Assembly (NCBI GenBank): GCA_032718475.1
Contig: JAUCBJ010004700.1
Span: forward strand, 1-42,934
DNA from: Nemertoderma westbladi
Taxonomy: Eukaryota; Animalia; Xenacoelomorpha
Direction: 5' to 3'
DNA length: 42,934 bases
A model generated the notes under the pieces. That model searched no databases, was not told the origin of the DNA, and saw nothing but the letters and a program-made list of their open reading frames with translations. Made by a program: the position numbers and the translations under genes. Below, piece by piece: positions 13,301-24,045 of the stretch. Within the stretch, counting starts at the first letter, position 1; each line of letters begins with the position of its first letter.

Positions 13301-13434
13301 TAACCTGCCCCCTAGAGGACCTAACTATTACTTGCATTAAACAGTTCCGATCCCATTACCGCCGTATTAACACCGAGTCTGTACTTATTAACCTAGACAA
13401 ACCTCCCCTTAACAAAGTCACCCCTGCGATGTAG
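10363..13434 (+). CDS. PLE polyprotein: reverse transcriptase + GIY-YIG endonuclease (frame open from 10009; likely true start upstream at 9906 across a 1-nt frameshift)
   Basis: Motifs LLGLGFNFIP, KGDKTGNIIVLD, GRPII, DVVDMFTAIPH, GAPMGGSHS, LVDDSL, YLDITI, LYKKPT, NIIYLISC...WYIGQT...RLNKH. Confidence 0.93.
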   Translation: MEDILNNDGRVPKFRMKDLDPSHIHATNPFPQAQVPVNNLSSVTLNENQLNLLGLGFNFIPFCGLTEADRVEARVDISTAASKLRYKSRDLCNMGQARLSKPNTPRATRPPPSPPTRCHNPNPPRNPRPPSDKLTRRVLFADTHQSQGNANERHDTRPVQTAPPTHTKQQPPTTSPPHRSSHPAIPPYTDTPLVTSHLHNNTIPISKPPLLTSQQTTPTIDRTSICTDSGPNRFTPLITPHNPTPQPFLTRTKQNPHPAPPPLHAPWPPPMWVAPQLALTHPHPLATPQHPNTICDTPSTRTRSKTTNIQTPIPHTLPPNTTGTPTVPTTTTPDIPRHCIPNPPPHQTPPNPPEPPHYRNARYIAPHTDNPSVEVIIKELHSKIDATNIKRYNKTHPPNLDFQQQCALHSLRKLKHVSYLKGDKTGNIIVLDTEDKNYEIQRILSDTSTYECLQKDPTPRYRVTCRALLDKLALKNSELRTYLFPNTFTVGHIFITLKDHKPQDQWITHPNGKTIPKGRPIIANTNAFFTPLSKLMHHYLSPLVTNAANHLNSSLQLKTNLPVDVGPAGCTLIAVDVVDMFTAIPHEIGIQATMETLIEDQTLPHRSVFTPHQLCLILRFLLYHNYFQYNRKFYLQIAGAPMGGSHSGDYAVLTASKVIRRALDITLFSHTFFRTLVDDSLLIYDKQLTNQQIHTLTLNLNIACQQLYNTNDLQFTTESSNTHINYLDITIYRQNNNLLTKLYKKPTSNKLPILYSSCHHKPSLLAVVKAEILRYRRLTDNDHEFNLARHSYLELCKLRGYPLNFLLALYAWKPDHRLPSNNPTTQPPPKPTIYLATTPHFIHTFSDTISRHKKFLKDNLICIKPVPRNLPNLGQMLIRKSDTHLAPGNQACGRPRCLCCKSITNPTSTPWGDRITGTFDCKSYNIIYLISCKSHTNQWYIGQTEQHLHKRLNKHRSSIKDARKGLDTTDPEILLLQHFVTCPLEDLTITCIKQFRSHYRRINTESVLINLDKPPLNKVTPAM

Positions 13435-13844
13435 CTATATTATTATGCCAACCTACACCCCCACCTAAAGTGTAAATAACCCCCCCCCCCCCCCCCCCCC
13501 CCAAATAGGGCCCAATTTGACCTACCGGTACTAAGAGAATTTCTTCCAGACCCTGAATTCCAATCACTACCATTGTTTGTTAAACAAAGCTACATCCGTC
13601 AAGCTTTGCCTGATATCAACTTTCTGATTTCCTTCGTTTTGTACATATACTATAATTAATAACTATTATTGTTTATATGTATTAACATCCATATATTGTA
13701 CAAATTATTTATCCTGCTTTTATTACTCAATTATAAATCAATATTTTAATACTACTCTAACTATAATTACGCGTTCTGCCCATAGTCGTTTTATTTGTAA
13801 ATTTATTTTGAATTTTATTTAATTTGGTTTTTTAATGTATTATA

Positions 13845-13892
13845 TATTCCGCTGAAGACACCCGAAACGGGCGAAATGCGCATACGGACATA
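13845..13892 (+). ncRNA. Minimal type I hammerhead ribozyme of the PLE pseudo-LTR
   Basis: Stem I TCCG/CGGA, core CTGAAGA (13852-13858), stem II CCCG-AAA-CGGG, GAAA (13873-13876), palindromic stem III ATGCGCAT; predicted cleavage after AUA at 13884. Confidence 0.8.
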
Positions 13893-14016
13893 AACTCTTT
13901 TATTTATATACGTGGCAAGACCCTCACCCCAGTTCTTCCCTCCAGCCCCCTGGAGGCTCAACATATAATATGCTCACGCCACGCTCGACGTCAATCCGCA
14001 ACATTAAATATATGGA
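13871..14016 (+). repeat. 3' pseudo-LTR copy of the PLE
   Basis: 146-bp direct repeat of 9807-9952. Confidence 0.95.
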
Positions 14017-14214
14017 CAATAATATATTACATAGTATGAATATTTAAGGGAAAATAATTATTTCTGCACTACAGACAGACAGTAATTATGTACTTACTAA
14101 CTGCGTAATACAAAGTATCAATAACAAATATGATGTTAGTGAAATTATATATTATTTCTATGGGTAGGATAACTATTATAATAATTAATATATTGTAACT
14201 AGATAGGTTACGTA

Positions 14215-14625
14215 CAGTCATTCTGCCTAATTTGAGACATGGACCCAAACGTGAGACAAATTCAATATCAACTTCAAGGGGCTCCTATAGCCAAATAATT
14301 ACAGATCTTTTGTCTCAAATAAAGGCTGTAAGAACCTAACAAGATTCTCCGTAATATTTATGAGGTTATTTCATGTTAGTTATTAAAAAAAATTACAATT
14401 GAATTTCTTGTCTCACATTAGGGAATCGATGCCAAATTTGAGACATGCAAAATTTCTTCAAAAATCAGCAACTGCTAGGCGAAATCAACTTTCGAGACCC
14501 GGAAAAATGGATTCTACGCCCCGGGAAACCCCTTATTACATCATTTCTGAGGAAGTCCAGTGTTTACATTTTTACACAGAACCCAACGAAGTTCAAAACC
14601 TGTCTCTTATATGGACCAATGACTG
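14215..14625. mobile_element. Tc1/mariner-pogo-type MITE (411 bp)
   Basis: TA|CAGTCATT...GAGACA and TGTCTC...AATGACTG|TA form imperfect 25-bp TIRs with TA flanks. No transposase. Confidence 0.75.
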
Positions 14626-14749
14626 TAGTATAATTGGTACACGTTCCAAAAATATCTTTGATTTAAAATTAAGACACAAAGAAAATAATATTGCAGTCCT
14701 TTATTATTAATTAATCATTATCGTTAATCATATAATAGTTTAATGTACA

Positions 14750-14758
14750 CCCCCTTTC
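14750..14758 (-). other. Polypurine tract of the Gypsy element
   Basis: Minus strand GAAAGGGGG lies just after the pol stop and is followed by TGTA, the first 4 nt of the LTR. Confidence 0.7.
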
Positions 14759-14777
14759 GGGGTAAAATTGATATAGA

Positions 14778-17115
14778 TTAATCATATAGATCACAGATTA
14801 AATTAAACCGTACACTTTTCGTTTGTTTTATTTTATTCGTTAATAAGACTTGTGGTTCGTCTCCGATTTCATTATTTTCCAATAATACAGCTGGTTTTAC
14901 CCTATCCAGCGATACAACGTGTTGCTCGTTCTTGCGCACAATTGTTACAGTTTTATTTGTTAATGAAACTATACGAAACGGTCCTGTATATAAGGGTGCC
15001 AGTGAGGATCTTTTAATAGGATCTTTTATCCATACATGTGTTGCATTCGATAATTGAGATGGAACTGACGATTTACATGAATAATTACGGACTGGTGGAA
15101 CCAAACTATCAATTTTCGTGAATAGTTTAGAAATGTACGTCGGTACACTCATTGTCTCCTGTAATGTTGATTCAAAACACTGCCCGGGTAAACAAAGTTC
15201 AGATCCATATACCATTTGTGACGGAGAATATTCGTGTAAACCAATTACAGACCTTAATCCCAATAACACCATGGGTAATTCATGATACCAATGTGTAGAA
15301 TTACATTTAGCACGCAGTGAATTTTTAAGCTGCCTATGAAACCGTTCGATTGCACCATTGCATGCCGGATGGTAGGCAGTTGTACGTCGTTTCTCAATTC
15401 CTAATTGTAGCATCAAACAGTTCCAAAACTTTGATTCAAATTGTGCTCCCCTATCAGAAACAATTATTTTAGGAACTCCAAAACGACCAACCCAATTGAA
15501 TAAGAATGCCTTTACAATTGATTCTGTTGAAATATCTGAAATTGGAATTACTTCCGGCCAACGTGTATACCGGTCAATGGCGGTGAATAAATATTTATAC
15601 CCACAAGAGGGCGGCAAAGGTCCAACTAGATCTATATGAACTGTCTCAAATCTCTGAGCAGTCGGAATGTTCCCAATTGGCGTTTTTACATTTGTTGTAA
15701 TTTTGGAAATTTGGCAGTTTTGACATTGTCTACACCATTGTTTTATGTCTTTATTCATAGAAGGCCAAATATAACGTTGTGAAATCAATTTAAGACTTGC
15801 CTTGGAATCTGGATGAGAAAGATTATGCAGATTTTTGAATACTTCTTGTCGCATTTCCAATGGCAAATACGGTCGCAAGATATCCGTTGACGCATCACAA
15901 ACAAGATACGAGTTATCGGTGAGATACAACCGCTTCAAAGGCAAGGTTGTCTGGGAAATGAATTCCTGAAGATTATTGTCATTAATTTGGGCCTTTGCCA
16001 ATTCTAAATGGCTGTTCAAAGTAATAGCCGATATTGGCCTAGAAAGTGCATCTGCGACAATGTTATCAGAACCTCGAATATGTTCTATTTTGCAATCAAA
16101 TTCAAGAATATACGAAATCCAGCGCGACTGCTGTGGAGTTGGATGCCTCATGTTCACACAGTTTATCAGTGGTTTATGATCGGTAATTATTGTGATGGGT
16201 TGACCTAATAACCATTCATGATGTTTTAGACTACAATAAATTGCCAATAATTCCTTGTCAAAAGCCGATTTATTACTTTCAATTGGTGTAAGTTTTCTAG
16301 AATAAAAACAGATTGGTTCTAGAACTCCGTCTACAAGCTGATGTATTACTGCACCTATTGCAATGTTAGAAGCATCAGTTGTCATACTAAACTTAGCATC
16401 TTTATGTGGAAAAGACAAAGTAACTGCGTTCTGTAGAGCAGTTTTTAACAAATCGAATGATGTATTAGCTGCACTATTCCACTCCAATGCATCTTTCTTT
16501 TGTTTATTGCGCGTTAAATCGGTTAAAGGAGAAGCTATTTTAGAAAACTCAGGTACAAATCTATGATAAAACCCGCACATTCCTAAAAATCGTTTCAAGG
16601 AAGACATTGTCTCTGGACGTGGAAATTGTATAATTGCTTCTAGTTTATTTGGATTGGGCCTAACTCCATCCTTGGAAATTACATATCCCAGAAATTTTAC
16701 AGTAGATCTGGAAAATTCACATTTATCCCTTCTGGCTGTGAGACCATACGATTTGAGACGTTCTAGAACACGCTTTAGATCTTGGTAGTGTTGCTCCGGA
16801 TTCGGACTACCAATTAAAATGTCATCCACGTATCCTACACCGCAATCAATGTCATATAGCACTGTATCCATAAGACGCTGAAAAGTTTGACTGGAATTTC
16901 TTAGTCCAAACGGCGTTCTGTTGAATTTAAATAATCCAAAAGGTGTTATTATAGCAGTTTTGTCAACGTCGCAGTCAGCTACTGGGACCTGGTGAAAAGC
17001 TTTTTTTTAATCAATTTTGCTAAAAATGGTGCATCCTCTGAATTTATTTGTTACATCTGCAATATTGGGCATCGGATATGTATCAGGAACCGTGACTTTA
17101 TTTAAAGCTCTGTAG
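14778..17115 (-). pseudogene. Gypsy pol C-terminal part (RT-RNase H-integrase)
   Basis: 697-aa ORF 14778-16871. The frame continues upstream as DYRALNKVT..YPMPNI..FSKID*KKAFHQVP..TPFGL, with an in-frame TAA near 17008. Confidence 0.9.
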
Positions 17116-20100
17116 TCCCAACCACGGTCTCAAACCTCCGTCTGGTTTGGGTGCAGTCCCCACCACGGTCTCAAACCTCCGTCTGGTTTGGGTGCAGTCC
17201 CCACCACGGTCTCAAACCTCCGTCTGGTCCCCACACGGTCTCAAACCTCCGTCTGGTCCCCACACGGTCTCAAACCTCCGTCTGGTCCCCACACGGTCTC
17301 AAACCTCCGTCTGGTCCCCACACGGTCTCAAACCTCCGTCTGGTCCCCACACGGTCTCAAACCTCCGTCTGGTTTGGGTGCAGTCCCCACCACGGTCTCA
17401 AACCTCCGTAGTCCCAACCACGGTCTCAAACCTCCGTCTGGTTTGGGTGCAGTCCCCACCACGGTCTCAAACCTCCGTAGTCCCCACCACGGTCTCAAAC
17501 CTCCGTCTGGTCCCCACACGGTCTCAAACCTCCGTCTGGTCCCCACACGGTCTCAAACCTCCGTCTGGTCCCCACACGGTCTCAAACCTCCGTCTGGTCC
17601 CCACACGGTCTCAAACCTCCGTCTGGTCCCCACACGGTCTCAAACCTCCGTCTGGTCCCCACACGGTCTCAAACCTCCGTCTGGTTTGGGTGCAGTCCCC
17701 ACCACGGTCTCAAACCTCCGTAGTCCCCACCACGGTCTCAAACCTCCGTCTGGTCCCCACACGGTCTCAAACCTCCGTCTGGTCCCCACACGGTCTCAAA
17801 CCTCCGTCTGGTCCCCACACGGTCTCAAACCTCCGTCTGGTCCCCACACGGTCTCAAACCTCCGTCTGGTCCCCACACGGTCTCAAACCTCCGTCTGGTC
17901 CCCACACGGTCTCAAACCTCCGTCTGGTTTGGGTGCAGTCCCCACCACGGTCTCAAACCTCCGTAGTCCCAACCACGGTCTCAAACCTCCGTCTGGTTTG
18001 GGTGCAGTCCCCACCACGGTCTCAAACCTCCGTAGTCCCCACCACGGTCTCAAACCTCCGTCTGGTCCCCACACGGTCTCAAACCTCCGTCTGGTCCCCA
18101 CACGGTCTCAAACCTCCGTCTGGTCCCCACACGGTCTCAAACCTCCGTCTGGTCCCCACACGGTCTCAAACCTCCGTCTGGTCCCCACACGGTCTCAAAC
18201 CTCCGTCTGGTCCCCACACGGTCTCAAACCTCCGTCTGGTTTGGGTGCAGTCCCCACCACGGTCTCAAACCTCCGTAGTCCCAACCACGGTCTCAAACCT
18301 CCGTCTGGTTTGGGTGCAGTCCCCACCACGGTCTCAAACCTCCGTAGTCCCCACCACGGTCTCAAACCTCCGTCTGGTCCCCACACGGTCTCAAACCTCC
18401 GTCTGGTCCCCACACGGTCTCAAACCTCCGTCTGGTCCCCACACGGTCTCAAACCTCCGTCTGGTCCCCACACGGTCTCAAACCTCCGTCTGGTCCCCAC
18501 ACGGTCTCAAACCTCCGTCTGGTCCCCACACGGTCTCAAACCTCCGTCTGGTCCCCACACGGTCTCAAACCTCCGTCTGGTTTGGGTGCAACGTGTAGGA
18601 GTCCCCACACGGTCTCAAACCTCCGTCTGGTCCCCACACGGTCTCAAACCTCCGTCTGGTCCCCACACGGTCTCAAACCTCCGTCTGGTCCCCACACGGT
18701 CTCAAACCTCCGTCTGGTCCCCACACGGTCTCAAACCTCCGTCTGGTCCCCACACGGTCTCAAACCTCCGTCTGGTCCCCACACGGTCTCAAACCTCCGT
18801 CTGGTCCCCACACGGTCTCAAACCTCCGTCTGGTCCCCACACGGTCTCAAACCTCCGTCTGGTTTGGGTGCAACGTGTAGGAGTCCCCACACGGTCTCAA
18901 ACCTCCGTCTGGTCCCCACACGGTCTCAAACCTCCGTCTGGTCCCCACACGGTCTCAAACCTCCGTCTGGTCCCCACACGGTCTCAAACCTCCGTCTGGT
19001 TTGGGTGCAACGTGTAGTCCCCACACGGTCTCAAACCTCCGTCTGGTCCCCACACGGTCTCAAACCTCCGTCTGGTTTGGGTGCAACGTGTAGGAGTCCC
19101 CACACGGTCTCTAACCTCCGTCTGGTCCCCACACGGTCTCAAACCTCCGTCTGGTTTGGGTGCAACGTGTAGGAGTCCCCACACGGTCTCAAACCTCCGT
19201 CTGGTCCCCACACGGTCTCAAACCTCCGTCTGGTCCCCACACGGTCTCAAACCTCCGTCTGGTTTGGGTGCAACGTGTAGTCCCCACACGGTCTCAAACC
19301 TCCGTCTGGTCCCCACACGGTCTCAAACCTCCGTCTGGTTTGGGTGCAACGTGTAGGAGTCCCCACACGGTCTCAAACCTCCGTCTGGTCCCCACACGGT
19401 CTCAAACCTCCGTCTGGTCCCCACACGGTCTCAAACCTCCGTCTGGTTTGGGTGCAACGTGTAGGAGTCCCCACACGGTCTCAAACCTCCGTCTGGTTTG
19501 GGTGCAACGTGTAGGAGTCCCCACACGGTCTCAAACCTCCGTCTGGTTTGGGTGCAACGTGTAGGGGCTCTGTAGTCCCCACACGGTCTCAAACCTCCGT
19601 CTGGTCCCCACACGGTCTCAAACCTCCGTCTGGTCCCCACACGGTCTCAAACCTCCGTCTGGTCCCCACACGGTCTCAAACCTCCGTCTGGAGTCCCCAC
19701 ACGGTCTCAAACCTCCGTCTGGTTTGGGTGCAACGTGTAGGGGCTCTGTAGTCCCCACACGGTCTCAAACCTCCGTCTGGTCCCCACACGGTCTCAAACC
19801 TCCGTCTGGTTTGGGTGCAACGTGTAGGGGCTCTGTAGTCCCCACACGGTCTCAAACCTCCGTCTGGTTTGGGTGCAACGTGTAGGGGCTCTGTAGTCCC
19901 CACACGGTCTCAAACCTCCGTCTGGTTTGGGTGCAACGTGTAGGGGCTCTGTAGTCCCCACACGGTCTCAAACCTCCGTCTGGTCCCCACACGGTCTCAA
20001 ACCTCCGTCTGGTTTGGGTGCAACGTGTAGGAGTCCCCACACGGTCTCAAACCTCCGTCTGGTTTGGGTGCAACGTGTAGGGGCTCTGTAGTCCCCACAC

Positions 20101-21103
20101 GGTCTCAAACCTCCGTCTGGTCCCCACACGGTCTCAAACCTCCGTCTGGTCCCCACACGGTCTCAAACCTCCGTCTGGTCCCCACACGGTCTCAAACCTC
20201 CGTCTGGAGTCCCCACACGGTCTCAAACCTCCGTCTGGTTTGGGTGCAACGTGTAGGGGCTCTGTAGTCCCCACACGGTCTCAAACCTCCGTCTGGTCCC
20301 CACACGGTCTCAAACCTCCGTCTGGTTTGGGTGCAACGTGTAGGGGCTCTGTAGTCCCCACACGGTCTCAAACCTCCGTCTGGTTTGGGTGCAACGTGTA
20401 GGGGCTCTGTAGTCCCCACACGGTCTCAAACCTCCGTCTGGTTTGGGTGCAACGTGTAGGGGCTCTGTAGTCCCCACACGGTCCCAAACCTCCGTCTGGT
20501 CCCCACACGGTCTCAAACCTCCGTCTGGTCCCCACACGGTCTCAAACCTCCGTCTGGTTTGGGTGCAACGTGTAGGGGCTCTGTAGTCCCCACACGGTCT
20601 CAAACCTCCGTCTGGTTTGGGTGCAACGTGTAGGGGCTCTGTAGTCCCCACACGGTCTCAAACCTCCGTCTGGTCCCCACACGGTCTCAAACCTCCGTCT
20701 GGTCCCCACACGGTCTCAAACCTCCGTCTGGTTTGGGTGCAACGTGTAGGGGTCCCCACACGGTCTCAAACCTCCGTCTGGTTTGGGTGCAACGTGTAGG
20801 GGCTCTGTAGTCCCCACACGGTCTCAAACCTCCGTCTGGTCCCCACACGGTCTCAAACCTCCGTCTGGTCCCCACACGGTCTCAAACCTCCGTCTGGTTT
20901 GGGTGCAACGTGTAGGAGTCCCCACACGGTCTCAAACCTCCGTCTGGTTTGGGTGCAACGTGTAGGGGCTCTGTAGTCCCCACACGGTCTCAAACCTCCG
21001 TCTGGTCCCCACACGGTCTCAAACCTCCGTCTGGTTTGGGTGCAACGTGTAGGGGTCCCCACACGGTCTCAAACCTCCGTCTGGTTTGGGTGCAATGTGT
21101 AGG
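17107..21103. repeat. Compound tandem array (units of 28, 29, 41, 47, 50 and 58 bp) derived from the Gypsy RT coding segment APKPDGGLRPCGDYRA
   Basis: Core CACGGTCTCAAACCTCCGT is present in all units. The flanks join to give the conserved RT N-terminus SPWATHLHIAPKPDGGLRPCGDYRALN. Confidence 0.95.
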
Positions 21104-23033
21104 TGTGTTGCCCATGGTGATTCACCACGTGTCACAATACCTAAATTTAATAAATTGTCAAATTCTTGTCGTGCTGCTTGTAATTTAGTACCAAATAAAC
21201 GTCGGGGTTTTGAACTTTGAGGTGGTCCTGTCGTTGTAATATAATGTTTAACTGTATGTTTTATAGGCTCAGACACTGGTTTGTCAGTAAACACTTCATT
21301 ATATTGCACTAATAAATTGTCAACCTTGTGAATCAAGCACACTTGTGGTTTAGTTTCATTGATTATACATGGTATATAAGTTAACTTCTGGGTATTGTAT
21401 GACTTAGAAGCCATAAAAAATGCCTCATTTCGTGCCGTTGCGTTGGCAACAGCAGCAACATTTACAAACAACATAGATACACAAAATATAAATAAACACT
21501 TTGAAAATATAGGTTTAGTAAGGCAAGTTGCTAAAATAGATAATATGGTAAATAAGCACAGCACAATAAATCTGGTAGGCCATGAAAAATAGTTCCTGGC
21601 GTTATTTAATATATTGCTACCAACTCCATTTGAAGATTTATCCGTATCTTCATTATGGAAAAAATGAGCTGCATTAACATTTGCTGCGGTTTCTCCATTA
21701 CTATAGCTACGATTATTTGAATTTGGTCTGTTTAAATCCATATATATTGACTTTGTTTCACAATTAATACTAATGCTATGAGCTTGTAAAAAATCTAAAC
21801 CTAAAATCGGTTGACTAACATCAGCAATAGTAAAATTCCACGAAAATTTATTATTTCCTATACAAGATAAACTAAAAGTAAGTATTCCTTCCCCATACGT
21901 CGGAATTTTCGAAAAGTTTGCTGCCTTTAAATCCTGACCAGCGAGGGGGTTGACATTTTTTAGAAACTTAGTAAAGGAACGCGGTAAGAGTGAGAAATCG
22001 CTTCCAGAATCGACCAGTAATTCCACTGGTGCACTGGTTCCCACTGGTGTAGCGCTTACGTATATTGCATTTACCTCACCGGAAGAGGGTCGATTTATTG
22101 GGTTAGGCCTATGGTTATCGCGAGATGGACCACGTGATGATGGTCTATGGCGGAACGTACACGGTGGTTTACATGTTGTAGCTTGGGAGCGATAATGGAA
22201 GTGATTTTCGCACCATGGGCCTCTAGTATCGTAACTCCTAGAGCGCGAGCTCGTTCTGTAATCCTGTGACCGGTCTCTTCGTTCCCGTGACTCGTTTCGC
22301 CAATGTTGCCGGGAGCGCGATCGATCTCGATCTTGATTATATTGTAAATCCCGAAGTTGATTGGTAATGTGGGAGATTTGATCAGTAAGGACCTGTTGGG
22401 ATTTTATTAACATACGATGGGATTCCGACATCGTATCGGAAACCTGCGAGACAGGTTTCAACGTTGATGTGGTTGGTAGTGCCGATCCAGCAGCTTGGAA
22501 TTGTTGTTGTTCGACCATTTTATCGGCAACGTCTGCTAGGTCGTCTAGGGACAATTTGTCGAGTGAAGTCAGCACGATACTTATGGTATGTGGAAGGATC
22601 TCGAGGAAACGTAGTCTGACTATTTGCTCATTACCAGGAGCAAGACGGATCATCTGCCGAAGGGCAGCTGACGGTTTGCGATCTCCCAATTCCTGAGCAG
22701 CAAGGAGTTGTCTAAGTCTGAGTTCGTCACTATCCGCTAGATGAGAAATTATGTTGTTTTTTATTGTATCAAAGGAATCTTCCACATTTACTCCGGCATC
22801 CAGAATTGTTTCGGTTGGTAACGCTGCAAGTAAATTAGACTTTTTCGTAGCGCTGGACTGCCCTGCCCATCCAATACAGCTTCTACTTGTTGAAACCAGG
22901 TACGCGCGTCCTTAGGGTAGAACTCGGGGAGACGGAATTTGTGTGGTGTAGGCGCTGTCATAACATTCCCAGTGTTGTTACTGTTACCGGTACCTGTACT
23001 AGTGATACTGTTTACGACCAGTTTAACTAACAT
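21060..23033 (-). pseudogene. Gypsy gag-protease-RT N-terminus, with a frameshift near 22860
   Basis: FRLPEFYPKDARTWFQQVE (gag start), LGDRKPS, C..H......CKPPC, LLVDSGS, ADVSQPILGLDFL, HYITTTGPP, SPWA. Confidence 0.88.
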
Positions 23034-23220
23034 CGGGTTTTCTGAATTTATTTGATCAATAGCCTAATCTCTGCTTTCGTTTTTGGCATAACGAAGTCGG
23101 GATCAGAATGTCGGAAAGCTACTAAAACTTCCGCAAGGCTGCAAGGTCCGCCTTTCTTAAGCTGGAGAGACTAGTCATTGTTTTCTTAGGTCTGTTGGCG
23201 GTAAATACAGAAATAAAGAA

Positions 23221-23234
23221 CGTCTGGGTCACCA
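23221..23234 (-). other. Primer binding site complementary to tRNA-Trp
   Basis: Minus strand TGGTGACCCAGACG lies 1 nt after the LTR end ACA; 13/14 match to the tRNA-Trp-type PBS TGGTGACCCCGACG. Confidence 0.75.
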
Positions 23235-23235
23235 A

Positions 23236-23414
23236 TGTAAGCTCACTGTTCAGCAGTCTGAATGTCAGTGGAAATGTGTTGTTAGCTGACTGCTGGACTG
23301 TCAAAAGTATATTGAAAATAGGTACCGGTAAGACAATACTGCAAACATATTAATCTGTACCGGTACTAACTAAAGATATCTTGGGGCGAGCCATGATAGC
23401 ATGAAGGCGTTACA
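23236..23414 (-). repeat. 5' LTR of the Gypsy element (179 bp)
   Basis: TGTAA...TTACA inverted termini, adjacent to the PBS and abutting the satellite. No second copy in the window. Confidence 0.75.
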
Positions 23415-24019
23415 GGGACCACCGGTTCTAATGGAGCGGGAGTATATGACGTAGTTTGTAGAAGGGACCACTGGTCCTAATGGAGCGGGAGTATATGACG
23501 TAGTTTGTAGAAGAGACCACCAGTCCTAATGGAGCGGGAGTATATGACGTAGTTTGTAGAAGAGACCACCGGTCCTAATGGAGCGGGAGTATATGATGTA
23601 GTTTGTAGAAGAGACCACCAGTCCTAGTGGAGCGGGAGTATATGACGTAGTTTGTAGAAGAGACCACTGGTCCTAATGGAGCGGGAGTATATGACGTAGT
23701 TTGTAGAAGGGACCACTGGTCCTAATGGAGCGGGAGTATATGATGTAGTTTGTAGAAGAGACCACCGGTCCTAGTGGAGCGGGAGTATATGATGTAGTTT
23801 GTAGAAGAGACCACCAGTCCTAATGGAGCGGGAGTATATGATGTAGTTTGTAGAAGAGACCACCGGTCCTAGTGGAGCGGGAGTATATGATGTAGTTTGT
23901 AGAAGAGACCACTGGTCCTAATAGAGTGGGAGTATATGACGTAGTTTGTAGAAGGGACCACTGGTCCTAATGGAGCGGGAGTATATGGCGTAGTTTGTAG
24001 AAGAGACCACCAGTCCTAC
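23415..24019 (+). repeat. Second block of the same 49-bp satellite (about 12 copies), same orientation
   Basis: Same unit as 3090-9798. Confidence 0.97.
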
Positions 24020-24045
24020 TGTAGATATCTTTTTTGGATATCTCA

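Larger units (their letters stand above)
9807..14016 (+). mobile_element. Penelope-like retroelement (EN+, probably Neptune-type) bounded by direct pseudo-LTRs
   Basis: RT + C-terminal GIY-YIG ORF, identical 146-bp direct repeats at 9807-9952 and 13871-14016, and a hammerhead motif at the 3' repeat. The Cys-rich linker CGRPRCLCC before the endonuclease is typical of Neptune-like PLEs. Confidence 0.93.
14746..23414 (-). mobile_element. Ty3/Gypsy LTR retrotransposon, defective (3' LTR lost, RT interrupted by a tandem array)
   Basis: Minus-strand order is LTR, PBS, gag, protease (VDSGS), RT (YVDD), RNase H (TDAS, DALSR), integrase (H..H..C..C, D..D..E), PPT. Confidence 0.93.

Noticed and set aside
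17147-21188. Long plus-strand ORFs (483, 609 aa etc.) in the array
   Set aside because: They are stop-free translations of the tandem repeat, antisense to the RT segment it derives from.
17107-24019. Common origin of the 29-bp and 49-bp repeats (both contain GAGACC/GGTCC)
   Set aside because: The similarity is limited to 5-6 nt words, and the 29-bp family is fully explained by the Gypsy RT.
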